64,000 bases of DNA from Leucoraja erinacea. Lineage: Eukaryota. A program made the translations under genes and the position numbers. The stretch covers positions 14,942,001 through 15,006,000 of the forward strand of contig NC_073378.1 in the NCBI RefSeq assembly GCF_028641065.1, given 5' to 3'. Positions 52,001-63,202 of this stretch are shown here, in pieces (the stretch's first letter is position 1; the number at the start of each line of letters is the position of its first letter). Below the pieces are notes generated by a model. It ran no database searches. It was not told where the DNA came from and saw nothing but the letters and a program-made list of their open reading frames with translations.

Positions 52001-52660
52001 CCACTTCCCGGCTAACCTGGATTTCACTCAGTTCCATCTCATTTGACCCCCGGTCCCCTGCTATTTCCAGCAGATTATTTATGTATTCCTTAGTGAAGAC
52101 AGAACCAAAGTAGTTACTCAATTGGTCTGCCATGTCTTTGTTCCCCATGATCAATCCACCTGTTTCTGACTGCAAGGGACCTACATTTGTTTTAACTAAT
52201 CTTTTTCTCTTCACATATCTCTAAAATCTTTTGCAGTCAGCTTTAATGTTCCCTGCCAGTTTTCTTTCATAATCTATTTTCCCTTTCCTAATTAAGCCCT
52301 TTGTCCTCCTCTGCTGGACTCTGAATTTCTCCCAGTCCTCTGGTAGGCTGCTTTTTCTGGCTAATTTGTATGCTTCATCTTTTGTTTTGATACTATCCCT
52401 GGTTTCCTTTGTTATCCACGGATGCACTACCTTCCCTGATTTAATCTTTTGCCAAACTGGGATGAATAATTGTTGTAGTTCATCCATGCAGTCTTTAAAT
52501 GCCTTCCATTGCATATCCACCGTCAACCCTTTAAGAATCAATTGCCAGTCTATCTTGGCCAATTCACGTCTCATACCCTCAAAGTTACCTTTCTTTAAGT
52601 TCAGGACCCTTGTTTCTGAATTAACAATGTCACTCTCCATCCTAATGAAGAACTCAACCA
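49047..52660 (-). mobile_element. CR1/HER1-like LINE split by an antisense insertion
   Basis: RT ORFs 49140, 49748, 51568, 51978, 52221; sequence breaks at ~50121 and resumes at ~51483. Confidence 0.93.
50122..51483 (+). mobile_element. Same-family CR1 inserted in opposite orientation, with internal deletion at ~50985
   Basis: ORFs 50743 and 51026; 3' tail ttctatgtttct. Confidence 0.93.
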
Positions 52661-53264
52661 GAGGATAGGCACAAAATGCTGGAGTAACTCAGTGGGACAG
52701 GCAGCATCTCTGGAGAGAAGGAATGGGTGACTTTTCGGGTCGAGACTCTTCTTCAGACTTCAGAAGAACGTGAGGACATGGGTTTAAGGTGAAAGGGGAA
52801 ATCTGAGGGGCAGTGTTCCAACACAGAGGCTGGTGGGTATATGGAACAAGCTGCCAGAGGAGGTAATTGAGGCAGGTACTATAACAACATTTAAAAGACA
52901 TTTGGACAGGTACATGGATTGGACAGGTTTAGAGGGATATGTGCACAATGCTGGCAAGCAGGCCTAGTGTTGATGGGGCATCTTGGTCAGCATGGGCAAG
53001 AAGGGTAGATGGGCCTCTTTGCATGCTGTATGACTCCATGACAACAGTTAAAACTTTTATAATACCTTTAGGAATTGGTTTGTTTTTCAAGGATTTTTTA
53101 ATTTCCTGTGGTGGGCGAGGAGATGAAATTGCAATTTTACATCTACTACTTATACTCTTGGAAGTTAATAGTGAATAAATATGGATCAACAGAGCAAAGT
53201 GGAGATTTATTTCTGCCCTCTGCGCTGTGTTCTCTGCACTTGTGCATAATGGATTTCTTTAGCT

Positions 53265-53930
53265 GTCATTTCAACTCCCCATCCCACTTCCATACTGGCC
53301 AGTCTGGCCTCAGCCTTCTTCACTTATAAGGTGCGGCCAACACAAATCAGAAGAACACCACCTCATATTTTGCCTGGATAGTTTACAATCCCATGGTATG
53401 AACATTTCCAGTTTCAAGTTACCCTCGCCCTTTGTGTTCCATTCCCATACTCACAAGTCCTCTCTGGAAACAAGGGACGGCGGATGCTGGTATGAACATT
53501 GAATTCTCAAATATTTGGTAACTACTACCACACCCCCACACTCCCCTCCCCTTTTCCTTTACATTCCCCCGTTCTTCTCCCCAACCTCCTCGCCTTTGCC
53601 CCACCTTAATTCGTATCTATTTCCCGAATCCCCTACACTTCCACCTATATTCTTTTCACTCGCTTCCCTCCCCCCCCACTCCTTTACCTGTATCCACTTT
53701 CACCTACCAGCTTTCCTGGCCCTGTTGTCTTCCAACTTCCTTCCCACATGACAATCGGTCTGAAGAAGGAACCTGACCTGAAACTTTACCTATCCATGTT
53801 CTCCAGAGATACTGCCTGACCTGCTGAGTTACTCCGAAGATAGACACAAAAAGCTGGAGTAACACAACAGGACATGCAGCATCTCTGGAGAGAAGGAATG
53901 GGTTTTGGGTCGAGACCCTTCTTCCAGACT
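53265..53930 (+). mobile_element. Composite Penelope-derived elements
   Basis: CHFNSPSHFHT...EEHHLIFCL..GMNI remnant; core ctgaagaaggaacctgacctgaaac at 53760. Confidence 0.7.
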
Positions 53931-54267
53931 AAATTATCTCTTAGCACCAAAAACGTACAAGCCTCTGTCTCAACACTACCCACTCCCCCTCTTCAACCTA
54001 GCTCCATCTACTCATCATTTCCCTTTTCTCATTTGGTCCACCTATTACCGAACAACCACTATATCACCCTCCCTCTCATTTTTGTACACAAGCTTTTACA
54101 CACACTCGGTCAACGCAGGATCTCAACCCAAATCCTCAACCATCCCTTTACCTCCACATGTCCTGCTTGACCTACTGTGTTCTTCCAGCAATACTATAGA
54201 GACACAAGAGACTAGAGATACTGGACTCTTGAACAAAAACAAACTAACGAATGAACTTAGCAGCCAA

Positions 54268-54580
54268 GTTTAGTTTAGTTCAGAGATACATCGCGGAACC
54301 AGGCCCTTCAGCCCACCGTGTCCGCACCGACCAGCAATCCCCGCACATTAACACTATCTTCGCACTCTCGGGACAGTTTTCACTTATACCAAGTAACCAT
54401 TTAACCTACAAACCTGCACATCTGTGGAGTGTGGTAGGGTTTGGATCTCGGATAAAAACCCACGCGGTCACATGGAGAACATACAAACTCCGTACGGACA
54501 GCACCCGTAGTCGGCATCGCGTCTTTGGCGCTGCAATGATGCAAGGCAGCATCTCTACCGCTGCGCCACCGTGCCGCCCC
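54268..54580 (-). mobile_element. HE1/V-SINE-like SINE
   Basis: Reverse-complement similarity to 16357-16650, including (tttag)n tail. Confidence 0.8.
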
Positions 54581-54997
54581 CTAGTTTCCTTCCATAGTTA
54601 CATCTATGGGAGGAAATGGACAGATGACATTTCAGCTTGGAACTTTTCTTCTGAATGTTATGGTAGTACAGTTAGAAATAGCAATATGTATTATTCATAG
54701 GTTGCACTGCTTTTCTGGAAGTGTATTATAAAATGAATATGGATTTGCCTGCACAGAGTAAGACCATTAATAAGATGATTTTTAATTCTAATTGCGAGGC
54801 CCACTCTAGTATTTATATACTACTGGATATTTTTGTGTTACAATTTCATATCCTTCAAAGGTGGTATGGTTGTCTATCGACGAAACCATCATAGATCACA
54901 CGGTTGTCTACAACAGTTCTTATAGTTCTTGACCAGATTACATTGCATCATCAGGGTGTGTGGATAATTAAAACTAACTTTTAAATGCATTTTGAAG

Positions 54998-55422
54998 ATA
55001 AGTTAGGTCTTTATTCTCTGAAGCGCAGAAGGTTAAGGGGGGACCTGATAGAGGTCTTTAAAATGATGAGAGGGATAGACAGAGTTGATGTGGACAAGCT
55101 TTTCCCTTTGAGAATAGGGAAGATTCAAACAAGAGGACATGACTTCAGAATTAGGGGACAGAAGTTTAGGGGTAACATGAGGGGGAACTTCTTTACTCAG
55201 AGAGTGGTAGCGGTGTGGAATGAGCTTCCAGTGGAAGTGGTGGAGGCAGGTTTGTTGGTATCCTTTAAAAATAAATTGGATAGGCATATGGATGAGAAGG
55301 GAATGGAGAGTTATGGTATGAGTGCAGGCAGGTGTGGGACTAAGGGAAAAAAAGTTGTTCGGCACGGACTTGTAGGGCTGAGATGGCCTGTTTCCGTGCT
55401 GTAATTGTTATTTGGCTATATG
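54998..55422 (+). mobile_element. CR1-clade 3' fragment, same subfamily as 47875-48350
   Basis: ORF 54985 LGLYSLKRRRLRGDLIEVFK. Confidence 0.9.
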
Positions 55423-55971
55423 GTTAAAAGTATTATTTTGTACCTCTCCCAAATTTGTTTCTCCCTGCCGCATGTTGAAACATACAAGCCTAAGTGGAAC
55501 CCACTAAGTATTGACAGTAGTTTCAAGTGTACTTCTAGTGACATGGTGACACCAAAACAGAATATTTATTATCCAGTTGAGATTTCATGACATGGTGTCC
55601 AGACTTGTGTCTTTGTTATGAAATTGCATTCGGAACTATTTGATTATTGGTGTCCAGATGTTAATTCGTCCTTCATTTAAAATGAAATATTTATTAACTT
55701 TTCCTTTATTTCTGATATGTTTCTATTCATGCACTTAAAATAGGCCAATGCTTGCTGAAATCGACCATAATCTTTCACTACTATTGTTCCCAAGTTCAAG
55801 ATTCCTGTGTGATATGATACGATCACATATGATTTTTAGAAGTTTTTTTAATACAGCATAAAGAGGACTTCATAGTTTTGATTGGTGGCCAGCCATCAAA
55901 GCATTTTTCAGAATTTCTCAGCGATTTCATCTCGGGCTTTTTCTGGCTCTCTAATCTGATAGTACAATTGG

Positions 55972-56500
55972 TTAATTATTGCCATGTGCACTGAGATATA
56001 GTGAAAAGCTCTCCTTGGTCTATCGTATCCACTGTATCTTGGACTATCCAGTCCAATCATGAGTTCCGTCAAGCCATGCACAAGTACACCAGGTAGTGCA
56101 AAGAGAAAAATACCAATGTGCAGAATATTGTGTTACCCCATTGCAGTTGCACAGAAAGTGCAGATATAAAAATAAAGTGCAAGGTCAGCAATGAGGTAGG
56201 TTGGAAGATCGGGGCTCCACCCCAACTGGGTGGGAAGGCCGTTCAGTAGTGTGACAACAGTAGGGAAGAAGCTGTTCCTGAATCTTCTTGCTTTCACGCT
56301 TTTGTATCTTCCGCCTGATGCAGAGGGGTAAAGATGGAATATCTGGGCTGAAAATGGTCCTTGATTTTGTTGGCTGCTTTCCTTACGTTGCTGCGGTATG
56401 CTTTGATACTGAGGATTGAGCTTGAACGACAAATTGACAATGATGGATTTGATAAGTGCATATTTACTGGATAGGTTAGTGATGAGCATGGGGATCCAAG
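55972..56500 (-). mobile_element. Degenerate Rex1-type 3' fragment
   Basis: GGRYKSVKARRFRNSFFPT in ORF 56133. Confidence 0.6.
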
Positions 56501-57319
56501 TGGAAAACGCCAATGTAAACTCATCATGATGTACTTGCACTATATCCACCCAAGTCCTTCAATATTTAAGACCTTTGGATAACTACATGGATAGAAAAGG
56601 TTTAGGATGTAGGCCAAACGCAGGGAGGTGGAGATGAGGCATCTTGGTTGCTTGGATAAGTTGAGCTGCAGGGCCTGTTTTTATGCTGTATAACGCAATC
56701 AATCAATACTAGATTGTGTTGCTATATTTCCTTGGTGGGGTGATGCAGGTTGTTACAAAGCCACAGAATCACATGAACGTATGAGCTTGTAATAATAGTA
56801 ATTGGCCAAGGTTTCATAGAGGTCCTTAAGAAAATTAAAGACGGAATTGCAGCGAAATCCTCAGAAATTCAATAGTATAGTAACTAATATATGAGTGGTG
56901 TATTGAAATTTGACTGGTAAAGTTGGAATCAATACCAAACCTCTGGCTCTTTGTGACTGTAAAACACACACTAGTGGTATAAACGTCAACTGTGATATAT
57001 CTTAAAGATAAAACACTTCAGAAATTTGTTCCATGATCCCCAATTAATTATAAAGTGCATTTGGAGTCCTATTTTATGTTTATTCCTTTTCTCCTGTTTA
57101 AAATGTTGTTTGCATTTTTCAAAGCATTATACTACAAGGTCAAGTGTAGCGATCCATCTCAAATTGAAAACTTTAGAGCTCTGTCAGTTTGGTGCTTGGT
57201 TAATGAGAGCACTTACCTTGATGGCTTACATTGTATCTGTCTGCATTTTTTGGCTGAACCTCTAACTGTTCTGCTTCTTTTTCTGGCCTTTGTTCACTGT
57301 GCTTGTATCCTTTCTCCAG

Positions 57320-57361
57320 AAGATGCTGAATATGGTGACCTTTTCAGTGGACTCTATATAG
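57320..57361 (+). CDS. MPP7: Putative 42-nt alternative exon, HOOK: (E)DAEYGDLFSGLYI
   Basis: AG-free zone ~57210-57317, CTAAC branch-like motif at ~57262, tttctccAG|...atag|GTGAGC; phase 1-1; same length as recalled MPP3 ETCDCEGYLKGHYV and shares its G-x-Y ending. Confidence 0.8.
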   Translation, partial: KMLNMVTFSVDSI

Positions 57362-58394
57362 GTGAGCAAATGGACACTGCGCATGCTATCATTTTTTTTC
57401 TTCTCTTTTCTTAATTGCCAATTCCTTTTCTCTATAACATTGCATAACATTTGCAAGTTCATTTAATTGATCTTTCTGTTTGTCATTGTTAATTTTTTGA
57501 ATTTACTTTGTTTTTTAGTCAAAGTTTCTCAAGTTACTTTTAATGTATCTTACAAAGAGCAGAGCTGCTGATACGAGGAATAAAAGTACTATCCATTTGA
57601 AATGTTTCAAATTCAGACTTGATATAATCTTTGCAGGCAAGTGCAGAAGATCATAATTTCTCACCATATGCTGATACTAATTATATTTTCTGCAAAATAG
57701 TCAAAGATGTCAGTGAGGTGAAATGAGTCTTGAATGCCCAATTGTTGCTTGTTTGATTACAGCATGGAGGTGCAAGATTGAAGGGAAATGGGCAGGATAT
57801 ATATACTGGGCTCAAAATCTATCGTGGGCCGACACAAAACAAAGTTCTCCAAATTTAGGGTGGAGGGGAGTGAGTTTCTTTGCGGCAGTACACAATTCAT
57901 TGGACAGAACTGCAGATGCTGAATATCTCAAATCTGTGCATTTGTTTGCGTATACTGTGCATTCGAGCTCATCTACAGAGAACAGGTCTGTCTAGCTGGA
58001 GTGTTTTCCAGCATTTTGTACTTTTGTATGTATTATAATGGAAAAGGAAGTTTTATTCAATTTTGGGATACAAATTGTCTTTTTTAAGATTAAAACGATG
58101 ATACGCATTAGGATTAGCTGTCCACACCACTTCATTGGTTATTGGATAATAATATATTTTTTAAACTCATCGATTCAAGTGAGCCGTGGAGCACGTTATT
58201 TATACAAACTCAATTATTAATAATTATTTGCAATAATCACTCAATATCTTTTAATATAGTTCACAAAAGCTTCATTACACTTCTTTGTTAGTTATCCATT
58301 GGTATTGAAGAAATTACAGAATTCTAGAGAGCAGAACTAGAAAGTCTTGTTATACTGGTCTGGTCGAGATGGAGTGCGTCCAGTCTAGACATTT

Positions 58395-59165
58395 GAACAG
58401 TGCAGGGACAGGCCTTTCACCCAACTAAGTTTAAATCAACCATGACGTCATTCTGAACTGATCCCATCTGCCTGCACTTGGTCTATTTGCCTGTTTTACC
58501 TACCTGTTCACCTGTTTGTCTAAATGTATTTTAAACATTGCTGGGTATGCGGTTCCGCCACCTCCTGAGGCAGTAGGTTCCTGGCATCTACCGCACTCAA
58601 GTTAAAAAATGATCTTGCCTTGCAAATCTTATTTAAACTTTCAAACTTACCCCATCTCCTCTTAAACATATGCCCTCTATTATTTGACATTCCCACCCTG
58701 GGGAAAATGCCCTGACCAACTATGCCTCTCGTAATTTTATATACTTCTTTCAGGTCACTCCTATACCTACAACGTTCCAGAGAAAACAATCAGTTTCCTT
58801 ATAGCTAATACCCTCTAATCCAGATAGCATTTTGGTGAATCTATTCTGCACCTATCCTCCACATCCTTCTTGTCATTTTGCAACCAGAACTGTACACAAT
58901 AGTCCAAATGTGATCTAATCAAAGTTTCATCCAGCTGCCACATGACTAGCCAAACTTTATAATCTATGACCAGACTGCTGAAAGCAGGTGTACTATGTGC
59001 CTTCTTTACCACCCTAGCCTCCTGTGCTGCCACTTTCAGGGAGCTGTGGGCATGCACCCCAAGATCCCTCTGTACTTCTAAATATAGGTCCTGCTAAGGA
59101 TCCTGCCATTTACTGTATACTTCTACATTATTCACCAAATGGAACATCCTGAACTTGGCTGGATT
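58395..59165 (-). mobile_element. Old CR1-like 3' fragment
   Basis: LIRSHLDYCVQFW and FSLERCRYRSDLKEVYKI in ORFs 58815/58520. Confidence 0.8.
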
Positions 59166-59179
59166 CATAATTTCTCAGC

Positions 59180-59862
59180 CTAAATTGCTCGCTGGCCTTG
59201 CTCATGTCAGCCGCTTCCCGCCAATCCTTAAATTCCGACTGCCGTCGGGAGCAAGACATGGCCTCACTTGCTGCGCTTGGTGACACTACATGGCATTCAC
59301 TGCTGATCCGTGTCGTTCAATGTAAATTAGCATGGGGACATGCTTTGGTGGAGTGTGGCTGTTGTCGGTTAAATGAGAATTATAGAGAGAATAAGAATGC
59401 TGCTGCCTTGTCAACAGACGTGCACAAAAGCAGTTGGTATTAGTTTTGCAATTCTCGTTATCCCTATTTTTGACCTGGCTCGGAGACTGGACAGTGAGGG
59501 GACTAGCAGAGATCATAGAGCGGAACGGGTCAGCGGGCGAGGGAGCTTACTCCTGTGTCAGCGCGAGTAACCTCAATTGGTCCCCTAAACTAGTATTGTC
59601 ATTCAATAAGATCACAACTGATTCAACTTGTCCCGGTTTGCTCCCGTTTTTCCCACCATCTCTCTACCTGCCGTCACCCTCCACCCCCCACCCATTCAGT
59701 TATTCAGAATGGAGGAGATCTGGAAGCCTTGAGCAAATTGAATTGTTACTTTATTTTTATTTTTTTTTTGAGCGTGAGAATTTATACGTCCGCCAGCCTT
59801 TTTCAAAATTTAGCAACTCTAAATGGGGTTGAGTTGCGTCTTCATTGCCGGGAAATACGGTA
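59180..59862. mobile_element. Possible Tc1/mariner-pogo DNA transposon fragment (one terminus)
   Basis: Ends gcgtcttcattgccgggaaatacggTA, resembling the complement of TACCGTATTT-type TIRs; CpG-retaining block; no partner end seen. Confidence 0.4.
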
Positions 59863-60084
59863 ATTTAGGTCATCAGATTTTAGGAAGAAGCCAATATCTT
59901 GTAAAGGATTACTTGAATGGTAACAGAGATGAAGAATTTAAACACTATAATAAATCAACTGGGATAGTCCTCCTTGGAGAAAGGAAGTTAGGGAGATTTT
60001 AATCAAGGTGTGTAAGATAGTGTTGAATTTAGAAAGGCAAATTAAGAAACCACTGGGTATACTGTGTAGCATGGTTTCCTCTAG

Positions 60085-60880
60085 ATTATACAAGATACAA
60101 GATACAAGATAGATTTAATTGTCACATGTGCCTGATGGCACAGTGAAATGAATTTCCATACAGCCATACAATAAAAATCAACAGGACACAACACACTATA
60201 GGGTTTGACATAAAACATCCCCACACAGCAGAATCAAAGTTCCCCACTGTGTGGGAAGGCACCAAAGTCAGTCTCTTCCTCCACTGTTCCCCGTGGTCAG
60301 GGCCTCCCCGTGCCCTCCGCAGTTGCCGCTACGGGCGGCCCGATGTTCAGGACCGCTCGCCGGGTGTTGTAAGTCCGACGTCGGGGCTGCGGGACGTCCT
60401 CAGCAGCGTGGACACAGAGTCGGCCCCCTCCTACCGGAGTCTGCGGCTCCCAAAGTCCGCAGGCCGCGCCGGGTGGAGACTGCTGCTGGAGACCCTCTGC
60501 AAGGTGCCCCAGGACTCCACGATGCCGATCAGCGCCGCCCGCGTTTCAGCGCCGCCCGTGTTGGAAGCTCTCCGCACCAGAGCTCCACGACGCCGCCGCT
60601 GTAGCAGCCCTGGTCCGGTTCCCGGTCCCCGGCAGGAAAGGCCGCTCCGATCCAGCTGGTAGACCGCGAGGTGGGGGGCGAGGACGCGACTCGGAGAAAT
60701 AGTCGCGTCCCCGCCAGGAAGAGACTTGGAGACGGTTTCCCCCTTACCCTGCCCCCCTCCCCCACATAGAAAAGTTAAAGTTTCCCCCTACACAACACTT
60801 TGGACTAACTAAAAATAATAAAAAATACAGAAATAACAGACAGGCTGTAGGCAGAGGCTGCTGCCAGTGCAGCGCCCCTA
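60085..60880 (-). mobile_element. ~800-nt GC/CpG-rich non-coding retroelement with Rex1-type 3' end
   Basis: Same architecture as 17558-18386; (cttgtat)n tail. Confidence 0.7.
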
Positions 60881-61589
60881 GTTGCAAATTATGCTGGTTT
60901 TGCCACGTTAAATCCCTAAATTAGACATGCGGGAGTAATAAATATTAAGGAATTTGAAGCATAAATTATGTTCATTAGAGTCAGGTTTTGGCAACCTTTT
61001 ATTCTATAAAAAAACACCAAGGCAGAAAGCTGCCTCTCTCCGTCACTTCTGCACTCATTACAGTGAAGTTTTGCTCATTTTTAACATTGCTGTCCTTCAA
61101 GGAAGATCATAAATCAAAGTTTTTAGGTCCTAAACTTTTTATATACTGGATTAAAAGCTGTTTTATGTATATATTAAAATTGCAATAGGTCGTCATTATT
61201 CTATATATCAAGGAATATAAATGTGATTTTGAAATGTAAAGATGCTCAAACACTACAGTTTGGGTTATTTATAAAATATTTCTCATTTTACAAAATGCAG
61301 AAAGGCTTGAGTGGTAACTTGAGACAACAATACTGCGTTTTGGAGCTCGGACATTTTGCAGTTGGATCATCAATTCCAAGCAATGGAAGGAAATGGGTAT
61401 CCCGTGCTTTGACTGGATAATCTTTGATTGACGAATGTGATTAAAATTTAAAGGCAGCAGGATTCCTGAGCTTTTTTAATTCAAGAACATTGCTTTTTTT
61501 TACTTTCTGTGAATAAATCCTTGATTCAACTACAGCATTGGGCTTTGTTAGCTGATTCCAAGCTGTCTTGTTCTTTGTAATCCACAAAC

Positions 61590-62790
61590 AAAGAATTCCA
61601 GATGCTGGTTTACAAAAAAAGACAAAGTGCTGGAGGAACTCAGCAAGTCTCGCTGCATCTCTGCATAACAAGGATAGGTGACGTTTCATGTTGGAACCAT
61701 TGTTCAGACTGACTGTGGTGGAAGAAGAATGCTGGAAGGTGGAGAGGGGCAGGACAAAGTCTGGCAAGTATTAGGGCAGGATACAGATGAGTGGGGTTTT
61801 GGATAAGCAGATAGTCGGACAAAGGCCGGACTAAACGTGGGAGAATTGTGAAGCTAGAGGAAGAAATGTAGGTGGAAGGGGAGGGGGAGGTTAGAACTGG
61901 GTGTGTCTAGGTGGGGCACAGGGAATGGGAGGGGGTGTTAGGTAAGTTACCTAAAATTGGAGAATTCAATGTTCATACAATTGGGTTGTAAACTACCAAG
62001 CGGAATATGAGGTGCTGTTCCTCGAGTATGTATGTGGCCTCACTCTGACAATGAAGAAGGCCCAGAACAGAAAGGTCCATCTGGGAATGGGAAGAGGAGT
62101 TGAAATGGTCAGTAACCGAAGGATCCAGAAGCCCCTGGTGGGCTGGGCTCAAATGCTTGGCGAAACGGTCACTGAGTCTATGCTTGGTCTCGCTGGTGTA
62201 AAGGAAGCCTTATCAAGAACACTGGTTGCAGTAGATGAGGTTAGAGGATGTGCATATGAGCCTCTATTTCACCTGGAAGGATGCTGGGGTCCCTCATCAA
62301 TTACATCCGGTGTTCCCGATGTGGATTCATGTACATCAGCAAGAACAAGCATACACTCAGCTCACTTGTGCTCAGTCCCGTCAAGGCCTTCTTGATCACT
62401 CGGTTGCTAACCAGTGCAAATGCTGTTGCCATTCCTATACTGACCTTTCTGGCCTGGGCCTCCTCCATTGCCCGAGTGAGGCAACACACAAACTGGAGGA
62501 ACAGCACCTCATATTCGCTTGGTAGCTTGCAAGCCATCAGTATAAACTGTGACTTCTTGAATGTTAGGTAACTTATCAAAACTCCCCTTTTACCCCACAC
62601 TCTTTCCTCTGCCCCACCTGGACTCGCACCCATTTCTTCCCCCCACTTTCACCTATATTCCTTTGGCTTCACAATTTGTAACTGTTCTATCCTTAACTCA
62701 CACCTTTAGCCTTTTCATCTCTGGTCTTTGTCCAATCATTTGCCATCCTTTCATCAACTTATCAACCTATCAATTGTCTTTGTACCCATC
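61590..62790. mobile_element. Two divergently oriented Penelope fragments with GIY-YIG remnants
   Basis: Minus 61590-62290 (NLIYC..C..GFLY.SETKHRL.DRFAKH); plus 62290-62790 (YIRCSRCGFMYI...LGLLHCPSEATHKLEEQHLIF). Confidence 0.8.
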
Positions 62791-62977
62791 ACTCTTATGC
62801 CTTCCCCCTCCCCCCCCCCCCCCCATTAATCATACCCTCTGGTCCTTCTAAATTCCAATACAGCCGTCGACCTTTTCATCATCTGGTCTTTGTCCCAGAA
62901 TTAACCTGGTGAACCTACGCTGCACTCCCTCAATAACAATATTGTCCTTCCTCAAATTAGGAGACCAAATCTGCGCA

Positions 62978-63202
62978 TACAATGCCCTTCAAAATGTTTG
63001 GGATAAAAACCCATTTATTTATTTGCCTCTGTACTCCACAATTTGAGATTTGTAATTAAAACAAAATCACATGTGGTTAAAATGCACATTGTCAGATATT
63101 ATTAAAGGCCATTTTTATACATTTTGGTTTCACCATGTAGAAATTACAGCTGTGTTTATACATAGTCCTCCCTTTTCAGGGCACCATAGTGTTTGGGACA
63201 CA
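62978..63202 (+). mobile_element. Tc1-like terminal repeat fragment
   Basis: TAcaatgcccttcaaaatgtttggga start and internal direct repeat tgtttggga near 63190 (IR/DR type). Confidence 0.5.

Noticed and set aside
57055-57414. 119-aa hydrophobic ORF resembling a membrane protein
   Set aside because: Read-through of the U-rich acceptor region; only the 42-nt exon portion is supported.
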